DNA of 64,000 nucleotides from positions 1,472,001 to 1,536,000 of the forward strand of contig CBDBHB010000009.1 in the NCBI GenBank assembly GCA_965205505.1. Direction: 5' to 3'. Numbering within the stretch: the first letter of the stretch is position 1; the number at the start of each line of letters is the position of its first letter. The stretch comes from Acidobacteriota bacterium. Its GTDB lineage: Bacteria > Acidobacteriota > UBA890 > WLXD01. The notes under the pieces are model-generated. The model was not told the DNA's origin and made no database searches. It saw only the letters and a program-made list of their open reading frames with translations. Made by a program: the position numbers and the translations under genes. This document shows, piece by piece, positions 9,296-17,531 of the stretch.

Positions 9296-10654
9296 GTGAG
9301 AGTGAACGCGGACGGACGGTGGCGAGCCGGGTGCCGTGTCCCGGCGATGCTCGCGCTACTGGTCTCGGCGACGCTGGTACAGCTTCCAGCGGGGGCCGCA
9401 ACGGCGCCGCCTCAGGAGCCGGACCCGGACGGCACATCAAAGTCGGGACCGGCGCTGCGCATCTTCCTCGACTGTCAGCGACGTTGCGACTTCGATTATC
9501 TGCGACGCGAGGTGGCGTTCGTCGACTACGTGCTCGATCGTCGCGATGCTGATGTGCACGTGCTCGTGACGAACCGACGTACGGGCGCTGGAAACGAGTT
9601 CAGCCTCCAGTTCATCGGCATCGACAAGTTCGCTGATGAGGTCGATACCCACGTTTTCACCACCTCGGACACGGATACGGACGACGAGGTGCGAAGGGCG
9701 CTCGGTAGCGTACTGGCCCTCGGTCTGGCGCCGTATCTGTTGCGCACCCCGCTGGCCACCCAGATGCGCACCGCGCACGATGCCCCATCGGTGCCGGGAA
9801 CGGTGGCGGCCACGCCGGACGAGGACCCGTGGAACTTCTGGGTGTTCCGCGTCGACGCCGACGCCTCCCTGCGAGGCGAAGAACGCCAATCGTCGCGCGA
9901 GATCGAGGGCGACATCAGTGCGCGCCGGGTGACCGAAGGCTGGAAGATCTTCGTCGGCCTCGACGGCGAGTACGACGAGCGCAACTTCGAGTTCGATGAT
10001 GGCGAAGAGCTCAAGAGTGTCGGGCGGGAGTTCGGGTTCGGCGGTCAGGTGATCAAGAGTCTCGGGCCGCGTTGGGGCATCGGCGCGGGGATGGCAGGTG
10101 CTTCGTCGACGTTCTCCAACCTCGATCTTTCGACTCGGGTATCGGTGGCGCTCGAGCACAATCTCTTCCCCTACGATGAGTCGTCGCAGCGGCTGCTGAC
10201 CCTCACCTACTTCGCCGGGGTAACGCGCTACGACTATCGCGAGGAGACGATCTTCGGACAGACGGAGCAGACCCTGGCCGACCATGGGCTGCTCGTCGGA
10301 CTCGAGCTCAATCGCCCATGGGGCGAGGCGGGCTTCACGCTCGAGGCTGCTCACCTGATCAACGATCCGGGAAAACACCGAGCGGAGATGCGGGGTGAGC
10401 TCGACTTCCGGGTCAGTCGGGGACTCAGGCTGAGCGTTTCTGGAAGCGCGTCGCTGGTTCGCGACCAGATCTTCCTGCCGGCCACCGGTATCACCGACGA
10501 GGAGATTCTTCTGTCTCGCCGCGCCGTCGAAACCGATTTCCGCTATCGCCTCGGTTTCGGTGTGAACTATACCTTCGGCTCGATCTTCAACAACGTTGTC
10601 AACCCACGCTTCGCCGGCTCGAGTCGCGGCTTCCATCGGATCCGGCGACGTTAG
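9296..10654 (+). CDS. Hypothetical exported protein, probable outer-membrane beta-barrel
   Basis: Signal-like N-terminus, DPWNFWVF, amphipathic beta-strand pattern, C-terminal YTFGSIFNNVVNPRF; start may be 9347. Confidence 0.65.
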   Translation: MRVNADGRWRAGCRVPAMLALLVSATLVQLPAGAATAPPQEPDPDGTSKSGPALRIFLDCQRRCDFDYLRREVAFVDYVLDRRDADVHVLVTNRRTGAGNEFSLQFIGIDKFADEVDTHVFTTSDTDTDDEVRRALGSVLALGLAPYLLRTPLATQMRTAHDAPSVPGTVAATPDEDPWNFWVFRVDADASLRGEERQSSREIEGDISARRVTEGWKIFVGLDGEYDERNFEFDDGEELKSVGREFGFGGQVIKSLGPRWGIGAGMAGASSTFSNLDLSTRVSVALEHNLFPYDESSQRLLTLTYFAGVTRYDYREETIFGQTEQTLADHGLLVGLELNRPWGEAGFTLEAAHLINDPGKHRAEMRGELDFRVSRGLRLSVSGSASLVRDQIFLPATGITDEEILLSRRAVETDFRYRLGFGVNYTFGSIFNNVVNPRFAGSSRGFHRIRRR

Positions 10655-10704
10655 CAGGGTGCTGAAGAACTCTGGCGTAACCCTTCGGGCGCGTGGGGGT
10701 TGCT
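10651..10704. repeat. Degenerate remnant related to MITE type A with a variant terminus
   Basis: ttagcagggtgctgaagaact followed by taacccttcgggcg..gggggttgc, matching the 39318-39345 region of the type A element. Confidence 0.55.
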
Positions 10705-10781
10705 GGCGACCTGGCTCCGGTGCTCGCCCGCGCCGCTTGGACGCCAGTCTGCCAACTCACGGGCGTATCGTTGCCAGGGCG

Positions 10782-11252
10782 CTACATGCCGAGCTCCGTC
10801 AGGCCGGGATGCTCATCTGGCCGCGCTCCAGGTGCCTCCCAGTGAAACCGTCGATCAGACTCCTGGATCGGCACGTCGTTGATGCTCGCCTCCCGCCGCC
10901 TCATGAGACCGGAATCGTCGAACTCCCACTGCTCGTTGCCATAGGCCCGGTACCAGGTGGCTGAGCTGTCGTGCCATTCGTACTGGAAGCGCACGGCAAT
11001 GCGGCGATCGCCGTATGCCCAGAGCTCCTTGATCAGTCTGTAATCGAGCTCCTTGGCCCACTTGCGCTGCAGAAATGCGCGGATCGCCTCGCGGCCCTGG
11101 AAGAACTCGGCGCGGTTACGCCACTGGCTGTCCTCGGTATACGCCAGGGACACGCGGTCGGGATCACGCGTGTTCCAGGCGTTCTCAGCCATGCGCACCT
11201 TGCGCACAGCGGCGTCGAAATCGAAGGGTGGTGTGATCGGCGCTGCGGTCAT
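10782..11252 (-). CDS. DUF1348 / NTF2-like family protein
   Basis: [58 protein letters not shown]. Confidence 0.9.
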   Translation of the reverse strand: MTAAPITPPFDFDAAVRKVRMAENAWNTRDPDRVSLAYTEDSQWRNRAEFFQGREAIRAFLQRKWAKELDYRLIKELWAYGDRRIAVRFQYEWHDSSATWYRAYGNEQWEFDDSGLMRRREASINDVPIQESDRRFHWEAPGARPDEHPGLTELGM

Positions 11253-11475
11253 CAGGCTTTCTCCGGCACGGTTTCGTCGACCCGTAGTCAGTCCGACGTT
11301 CGAGTCGATGCTCGATCGTATGGCAAAGTTGCGTCACTGTCTGCCGTGCCGGTAATCCACACAATAGGATCCAAGTTTCGCAGTACGCGCGGAGCTGATA
11401 GTGTCGTGGCGCCAAAAAAGCCATCCCCGCGGAGCCAGGGCAATATGGGTTCCGGCACAGCAGGAGGCAGCACAG

Positions 11476-12882
11476 ATGGCCACGCTCACACCCGACCCCA
11501 GCTTCTATCCTTCGCCCAAGGACGCCGCGAAGGCGGAACCTGAGGGGATTGCATACGTCTCGATGCTGAACTGCAACGACGACGGCAAGCCCGACGCCAT
11601 CGGCGTTGTCGACGTCGACCCCAACTCGTCGGACTACGGCAAGCTCATCAACCAGGTCGACATGCCGAATGCCGGCGATGAGCTGCACCACTTCGGCTGG
11701 AACGCCTGCAGCTCGTGCCTGTGCCCGTACGCGCCGCATCCGCACGTCCAGCGGCGCTACCTGGTGGTGCCGGGGATCCACTCCTCGCGCATCCACATCC
11801 TCGATACGCAGCCTGATCCGCGCAGCCCGAAGATCATCAAGGTGATCGAGGGCGATGAGCTGGCCGACAAGACCGGCTACAGCGCGCCCCACACGGTGCA
11901 TTGTGGCCCCGACGGGATCTACATCAGCGCTCTCGGCAGTGTCGACGGCGAGGGCCCCGGTGGGATCTTCACGATGGATCACGAGACCTTCGAGCTCGGC
12001 GGTCAGTGGGAAGTAGACCGCGGCCCTCAGGAGCTTGCTTACGATTTCGGATGGCATCTCGGCCAGGACGCGATTGTAACCAGCGAGTGGGGTACCCCGA
12101 ACATGGTCACCAGCGGGCTCAACGCCGAGCTGTTGCTGGCCGGCAAGTACGGTCACGGGCTGCACTTCTGGGATCTGAAGACGCGCTCGCATGTGCAGGC
12201 GCTGGATCTCGGTGCCGAGCAGCAGATGGTGCTGGAGGTTCGCCCGGCGCACGATCCGGCTCACGCCTATGGCTTCGTTGGCGTGGTGGTGTCGCTGGAG
12301 GACCTGTCTGCCTCGATCTTCCTGTGGCGCAAGGGCGAGGGCAACGGAGATGGCCCTTGGAGCATCAAGAAGGTGGTGACGATCCCGGCGCAGCCGGCCG
12401 ATGCGGATGACCTGCCCGAGCTGCTCAAGGGCTTCGGCGCGGTACCGCCGCTGGTTACTGACATCGACCTGTCGGTGGACGACAAGTTCCTCTATGTCTC
12501 GTGCTGGGGCATCGGGGAGTTCCACCAGTACGACGTCACCGACCCCGACAACCCCAAGCTCGTCGGCAACGTCAAGCTCGGTGGCATCATCAACCGCACG
12601 CCGCACCCGGCCAAGCCGGATCAGCCGCTCAACGGTGGGCCGCAGATGGTCGAGGTAAGCCGCGATGGTAAGCGCGTCTACTTCACCAACTCGCTCTACT
12701 CGCCTTGGGACGAGCAGTTCTACCCGGACGGAGTGCAGGGCTGGATGGTGAAGCTCGATGCCGACCCCAACGGGGGCATGGAGATCGATCCGAAGTTCCT
12801 CATCGAGACCGGCGGAATGCGCGTCCACCAGGTAAGGCTGGAAGGAGGCGACGCGTCCTCGGACTCGTATTGCTTTAGCTAG
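11476..12882 (+). CDS. Selenium-binding protein SBP56 family (SELENBP1/methanethiol oxidase homologue), cytoplasmic type
   Basis: PDPSFYPSP, GDELHHFGWNACSS, PHTVHC, GPQMVEVSRDGKR, WDEQFYP, GGDASSDSYC; RBS aggagg. Confidence 0.92.
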   Translation: MATLTPDPSFYPSPKDAAKAEPEGIAYVSMLNCNDDGKPDAIGVVDVDPNSSDYGKLINQVDMPNAGDELHHFGWNACSSCLCPYAPHPHVQRRYLVVPGIHSSRIHILDTQPDPRSPKIIKVIEGDELADKTGYSAPHTVHCGPDGIYISALGSVDGEGPGGIFTMDHETFELGGQWEVDRGPQELAYDFGWHLGQDAIVTSEWGTPNMVTSGLNAELLLAGKYGHGLHFWDLKTRSHVQALDLGAEQQMVLEVRPAHDPAHAYGFVGVVVSLEDLSASIFLWRKGEGNGDGPWSIKKVVTIPAQPADADDLPELLKGFGAVPPLVTDIDLSVDDKFLYVSCWGIGEFHQYDVTDPDNPKLVGNVKLGGIINRTPHPAKPDQPLNGGPQMVEVSRDGKRVYFTNSLYSPWDEQFYPDGVQGWMVKLDADPNGGMEIDPKFLIETGGMRVHQVRLEGGDASSDSYCFS

Positions 12883-12895
12883 CAGGCCGTGGTGG
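12879..12895 (+). repeat. Solo terminal fragment of MITE type A
   Basis: ctagcaggccgtggtgg, identical to 13497-13513; spans the SBP56 stop and the next GTG start. Confidence 0.65.
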
Positions 12896-13500
12896 CCTGG
12901 GCGACGCTATTCGCGCTGGGCGCGTTTCACGGCATCAACCCGGGTATGGGTTGGCTGTTCGCCGTAGGTCTGGGAATGCAGGAGCGCCGTCGCGCGACGG
13001 TGTGGCGGGCACTTCTGCCGCTTGCCGTTGGCCATGCCTTCGCGGTGGCGGCGGCGCTGATGGTGGCGGTGGCGGTCGGGGCGTTGCTGCCCATCGCAGC
13101 GCTGAGACTGATCGTCGCGGCGCTGCTGATCGGCTTCGGTGCGTACAAGCTGACGCGGTCGCGACATCCACGCTACGGCGGCATGCAGATGTCGCGGTGG
13201 AATCTGGTGGTGTGGTCGTTCCTCATGGCATCGGCTCACGGCGCCGGGTTGATGGTGGCGCCGTTGCTCTTGGGCACCGGAGGCCGCTCCGCGATGGACA
13301 TGCCCGTCACCGCGGGCGCTGCCGCCGGACTCATGGCGACGTTCGTACACACGGCGGGCTATCTGCTGGTTACTGGTGTGGTGGCGGTGATCGTCTATGA
13401 GTACATCGGCGTTCTGTTTCTGCGCCGTGCTTGGATTAATCTCGACCTGATCTGGGCCGTGGCGCTGGTGCTTACCGGCGTGGCCACCCTGCTGATCTAG
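12889..13500 (+). CDS. Integral membrane protein associated with SBP56 genes
   Basis: LGAFHGINPGMGWLFAV, WSFLMASAHGAGLM, RRAWINLDLIW; about 6 TM helices with conserved-looking His residues. Confidence 0.8.
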   Translation: MVAWATLFALGAFHGINPGMGWLFAVGLGMQERRRATVWRALLPLAVGHAFAVAAALMVAVAVGALLPIAALRLIVAALLIGFGAYKLTRSRHPRYGGMQMSRWNLVVWSFLMASAHGAGLMVAPLLLGTGGRSAMDMPVTAGAAAGLMATFVHTAGYLLVTGVVAVIVYEYIGVLFLRRAWINLDLIWAVALVLTGVATLLI

Positions 13501-13635
13501 CAGGCCGTGGTGGAAGTGTAGCGGGCCTGGCGACAGGGTCTTGCGAGGCGGACGCAAGGAGAAACGAGGAGGCGATGGTTACACCATCGTTGACGACGAA
13601 CGGCACACCATACGCGCGCAACCCGCTGGCGGCCG
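13497..13635 (+). mobile_element. MITE type A, left portion (terminal repeat + internal module, no right end)
   Basis: Diverged match to 42614-42752: ctagcaggccgtggtggaagtgtagcgggcctggcgacagggtcttgcga...catacgcgcgcaaccc. Confidence 0.8.
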
Positions 13636-13693
13636 TGACGCACGACGGCGCAGCCCGTACAATGCGCAGCGGCCCAAACTCGAGGAGGAAGGC

Positions 13694-14353
13694 ATGACCC
13701 TACGAATCAACGACGAGGCGCCGGACTTTACCGCCGAGACCACACAGGGAACGATCAGCTTCCACGAGTGGATCGGTGACAGCTGGGTGGTGATGTTCTC
13801 GCACCCGAAGGACTTCACACCCGTCTGCACCACCGAACTGGGTGCTGCCGCTGCCCTGAAAGACGACTTTGCGCAGCGCAACTGCAAGCTCATCGGCATC
13901 AGCGTGGACGGCGTCAGCGACCACGAAGCCTGGTCCAAGGACATCGAGTCCTCGCAAGGCCACGCCGTCACCTACCCTCTGATCGGGGATCCGAGGCTAG
14001 AGGTGGTGAAGGCATACGACATGCTGCCGGGCGGCGCCGGCGACACGTCGGAGGGCCGCACGCCGGCCGACAACGCTACGGCGCGGTCGGTTTTCGTTAT
14101 CGGGCCCGACAAGAGGATCAAGGCGACGCTCACCTATCCCATGAGCACGGGTCGGAACTTCGCCGAGATCCTGCGACTCCTCGACTCCTGCCAGCTCACC
14201 GCCTATCAGCAGGTGGCGACGCCGGCCAACTGGCAGCAGGGTGATGACGTGATCATCTCGCCCGCGGTATCAGACGAGCAGGCCAGGGAGAAGTACCCCG
14301 ACGGTTGGCAGCAGCCGCTTCCCTACATCCGGGTGGTGCCGCAGCCGAAGTAG
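13694..14353 (+). CDS. 1-Cys peroxiredoxin (Prx6 subfamily)
   Basis: FSHPKDFTPVCTTELG, YPMSTGRNF, ATPANW; RBS gaggag. Confidence 0.93.
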   Translation: MTLRINDEAPDFTAETTQGTISFHEWIGDSWVVMFSHPKDFTPVCTTELGAAAALKDDFAQRNCKLIGISVDGVSDHEAWSKDIESSQGHAVTYPLIGDPRLEVVKAYDMLPGGAGDTSEGRTPADNATARSVFVIGPDKRIKATLTYPMSTGRNFAEILRLLDSCQLTAYQQVATPANWQQGDDVIISPAVSDEQAREKYPDGWQQPLPYIRVVPQPK

Positions 14354-14361
14354 TGGCCTTT

Positions 14362-14395
14362 GCCCGGCCTTACCGGGCGCGGTAGTGAACCGCGC
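14362..14395. terminator. Two adjacent GC hairpins between convergent genes (possible terminator)
   Basis: gcccgg-cctta-ccgggc and gcgcggt-agtga-accgcgc; no U-tract. Confidence 0.3.
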
Positions 14396-14401
14396 TCGGA
14401 G

Positions 14402-14941
14402 CTACCGGGTGGCGGATCCCAGGTCTACGAGCTGCGGGTTGTGCTCTTGCGCTTCGAGGAATCGGAGCATGTCCTGCGGCTGGATCGACGTTGTCCTGGC
14501 ATTGTCTAGCGGATGGAAGTTCCATGCTGCGTCGTCGAGCAGGCTGCGCTCGATGGCGACCTGCACGTTGAGACCGTGATCGTTGATCACGGCGAACGGA
14601 GTCACCGCGCCCGGGATCACTCCCAGGTTTTCCATCAACCGCTGCGCGCTGCCGAACGAAAGTCGTGCGCTGCGCAGCAAAGTCGGCAGCTTCTTGAGGT
14701 CGACGCTCCGGTCCTCGCGGCACACCACGAGCCACATCTTTTTCTTCTTATCGCGTAGGAAGAGGTTCTTGGTGTGAGCTCCCGCTAGCTTCCCGCGGTT
14801 TGCCTTCGCCTCCTCGACGGTAAAAACGGGCTCGTGCTCGATCGTTTGCACGTCGATCCCGAGGTCACTCAGGCGGTCGAGGAGATCCTCGTAGGTAGCC
14901 GGCGCGCTGCCGTCGGCGAGGATGTTGGGCGTCTCGGTCAC
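14402..14941 (-). CDS. YbaK/ProX prolyl-tRNA synthetase-associated editing (deacylase) domain protein
   Basis: HEPVFTVEEA, HTKNLFLRDKK, LSFGS, LGVIPGAVTPF, NFHPLDN. Confidence 0.9.
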   Translation of the reverse strand: MTETPNILADGSAPATYEDLLDRLSDLGIDVQTIEHEPVFTVEEAKANRGKLAGAHTKNLFLRDKKKKMWLVVCREDRSVDLKKLPTLLRSARLSFGSAQRLMENLGVIPGAVTPFAVINDHGLNVQVAIERSLLDDAAWNFHPLDNARTTSIQPQDMLRFLEAQEHNPQLVDLGSATR

Positions 14942-15351
14942 GGCGACCCTCCTTCGACGAGCTCATTCCAGATAGCCCGGTGGACCTTCCACGTGCCCTC
15001 GTCGCGGGGCAGCACACGCAGAAGCTTATAGGCACGTTTGTCCTCTACCCCGGTCTGCGGATCGCGCGTGGTTCCGCGCACGATGCCCCATTCGAAGGCG
15101 TGATCGCCGACGATCTCGACCTCCTCGAACTCGAAGGCGTACTCGATTACTTCGAGCGAAGATCCGGCGCTACCGGCCGCTTCGAGCTGCGCGACGAGCT
15201 CCGGGCCTCGAAGTCGCGGTCCGCCAGGCGCGAGCATCACTCCGTCGTCGGTCCACAGCGCAGCGAGCGCCGCGTAGTCGCGTGCCTTCGCCGCTTTTTC
15301 ATCGCGCGCGTGGAGTGCCTCTATTGCAGCTCGGTCGTCCCGCTCGTTCAC
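14938..15351 (-). CDS. SnoaL/DUF4440 NTF2-like protein
   Basis: DRAAIEAL..ALAALWTDDGVMLAPG..GDHAFEWG..DEGTWKV; GTG start with RBS ggagg. Confidence 0.75.
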   Translation of the reverse strand: MNERDDRAAIEALHARDEKAAKARDYAALAALWTDDGVMLAPGGPRLRGPELVAQLEAAGSAGSSLEVIEYAFEFEEVEIVGDHAFEWGIVRGTTRDPQTGVEDKRAYKLLRVLPRDEGTWKVHRAIWNELVEGGSP

Positions 15352-15647
15352 CAGTCCTCCGGAACGTAGTCCAGCGTCATGTTTGGGATCTCGGTCGGTA
15401 AACGATACGCGGTTCTTGACCGAGCCGTAGAGCACCGAACCGAACTTCGACCGGGATGCGACGGCGTCGACCCCGGCCTGCTGGACCGCGTCTCGATGGG
15501 CTACTACCCTGCCGGGAGCATTGATGGTTGCGTAGGTTGCTGCGCCCCCGAAGTTCCCCATAATTGCAAGACTTCATGCCCACCGCCGCTATGGGGGAGG
15601 CGTTCGCGAGTAGCCTTGACTGCTCTGCTAGAAAGTCGGAGGCAACG

Positions 15648-17279
15648 ATGAAACTCGCCGTAACCAGGCCCGCCACACTTCCACCACGGCCTGCTAGAGC
15701 CACCCTGTACTCACTCCCGATCGCCGTGGTCGCGACCCTCTTCGCGCTTGCCTGTGCTCCGGCCGGCACGATCCCTGGCGATGCTGTCACCACGATCAAC
15801 GCAGAGTACCTGGTGACCTCCGAGGAGGCACACGAGTGGGCGCTAGTGAAGGATGCCAGCATTCCTACGCTGACGGGCAGTCCAGGCTGGAACGATTTCA
15901 TGGCGTTCATGGAAGAAAAGCTGGTCGGTTACGGTGTCGTCGATGTGACGCGCAACAGCTGGACCTTTGATCGCTGGCATACTAGCGACGACCCGACAGA
16001 CTGGTCGCTGGTCTCCGACGGCAAGCCGGTCAAGGTGGCGTTCTACGGTGCCTACTCCGGATCGACCGGGCCCGAAGGCGTGACCGCGTCGCTCGTCTAC
16101 TACGACCACGATGACCCGCCGGCATCGATCGAGGGCAAGATCGTTGTCGTTCCGACGAGGCCACAACAGGAGCCGCCGCTACCGGCCAACTACGTCAGGA
16201 CCGACACCTTCAACGACCACGAGTATCGAACCAACGACGAGAGCTTCCCGCCCTTGTACGAGTTCGTCGACCCGTCGGCGACCTTCACCTTCGACATCTA
16301 CTATCAGATGCGCCAGGGCCTGTGGCGAATCGGCGCGGAGGGCGGCGCTGCCGGGGCGGTGATCGTCTACGACATGTCGTTCGCGCGCACCGCCGGCATG
16401 TACTCCTTTGGCGTACCGACGCTTCATGATGCTCCCACCGTAACGCTCGATCGCGTCGAAGGTGCCAAGGTGATCGCCGACGCCAAGGCTGGCAAGAGCG
16501 CGACCCTGCGTCTAGAGGCCACCGTCGAGCCGGCGGAAGCGTACCAGTTGATCTCCTACTTGCCGGGGCGCGACTACGGCACGGATGCCGACGAGCAGAT
16601 CATGCTGGTCACCCACACCGACGGTCCCTCGATCACTCAGGACAACGGCGCCCTCGGCCTGTTGGCGATCGTCAAGTACTACTCGCATATTCCTCAGGAA
16701 CAGCGCCGTCGCACGCTGACGGTAATGCTCGACTGCCGCCACTACATGCCCGGCGCCGAGCGCGCGTTCGCGGAGCAGCACTGGTGGGAGAGGTATCCGG
16801 AGCGGCGCGACAAGATCGTCGCCATGGTGCAGGCCGAGCATCTCGGGGAGATGGAGTATCGCGAAGAAGGCGAGGAGGTGATTGCCACGGGCCTGGCCGA
16901 GCACTCCTTCATCTGGACGCGTAACAACCCGGTGCTGATCGACGAGGCGATCAGGGCGGTCAAGCAATATCCTTGGTCAAAGGTGCAGGTCTCCGCTCCT
17001 GAGCGTCCGGGGGTGCACGGCGGACAGCAAGCGTACTGGTGGGGCGTCGGTTCCTTCGCCCAGGGCGACCGCGGCAACGGTCGAGGAGGCTGGGATCTCC
17101 CGGCCTACGGGTTCGGCGGCAACCTCGGATCCTTCTGGTCGACGCGTTCGCGCATCGATATCTGGAGTAAGGAGGTCTTCACGGCCCAGGCGTCGGCGTT
17201 GACGCAGCTCACCGGCGTGCTGATGAGCCGCGAGCTGGACGAAATCCGCTCGCACGGCCGAAGCGATACGCGGGAGTAG
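15648..17279 (+). CDS. PA-domain / M28-like metallopeptidase-fold lipoprotein
   Basis: Lipobox-like LACA, PA-like insert (GVTASLVY..IEGKIVVV), THTDG..QDNG; RBS ggagg; canonical EE motif not seen. Confidence 0.6.
   Translation: MKLAVTRPATLPPRPARATLYSLPIAVVATLFALACAPAGTIPGDAVTTINAEYLVTSEEAHEWALVKDASIPTLTGSPGWNDFMAFMEEKLVGYGVVDVTRNSWTFDRWHTSDDPTDWSLVSDGKPVKVAFYGAYSGSTGPEGVTASLVYYDHDDPPASIEGKIVVVPTRPQQEPPLPANYVRTDTFNDHEYRTNDESFPPLYEFVDPSATFTFDIYYQMRQGLWRIGAEGGAAGAVIVYDMSFARTAGMYSFGVPTLHDAPTVTLDRVEGAKVIADAKAGKSATLRLEATVEPAEAYQLISYLPGRDYGTDADEQIMLVTHTDGPSITQDNGALGLLAIVKYYSHIPQEQRRRTLTVMLDCRHYMPGAERAFAEQHWWERYPERRDKIVAMVQAEHLGEMEYREEGEEVIATGLAEHSFIWTRNNPVLIDEAIRAVKQYPWSKVQVSAPERPGVHGGQQAYWWGVGSFAQGDRGNGRGGWDLPAYGFGGNLGSFWSTRSRIDIWSKEVFTAQASALTQLTGVLMSRELDEIRSHGRSDTRE
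15652..15697 (+). mobile_element. MITE type A right terminus, lying inside the 5' end of the downstream CDS
   Basis: aactcgccgtaaccaggcccgccacacttccaccacggcctgctag matches 42847-42892. Confidence 0.8.
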
Positions 17280-17360
17280 GGGAGGTGGTTGGCGATTCCG
17301 GACACGGCGACGCCGCGAGGTCGTGCTATCGGCAGCGGCCGGGCCTCGAGGGAACTGTCC

Positions 17361-17516
17361 GTGGACATTGACTACAACGATCGCAGTTTCCGGAGCGTCG
17401 AGAACTCGCCCGGTGGCGACGTCGACGACGATACAGTCTTCAGGTATCGACAGCAGGGGAACGTCGTATGGGCGACGTACGAAGGCGAATCTCGAGTGGA
17501 AGAGGTTCGCGAGTAG
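17361..17516 (+). pseudogene. 3'-truncated relic of a conserved small hypothetical protein
   Basis: IDYNDRSFRSVENSPGGDVDDDTVFRYRQQGNVVWATYEG resembles the N-terminus of a conserved hypothetical family, then ends abruptly. Confidence 0.5.
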
Positions 17517-17531
17517 CTCGATGGCCCGTGT

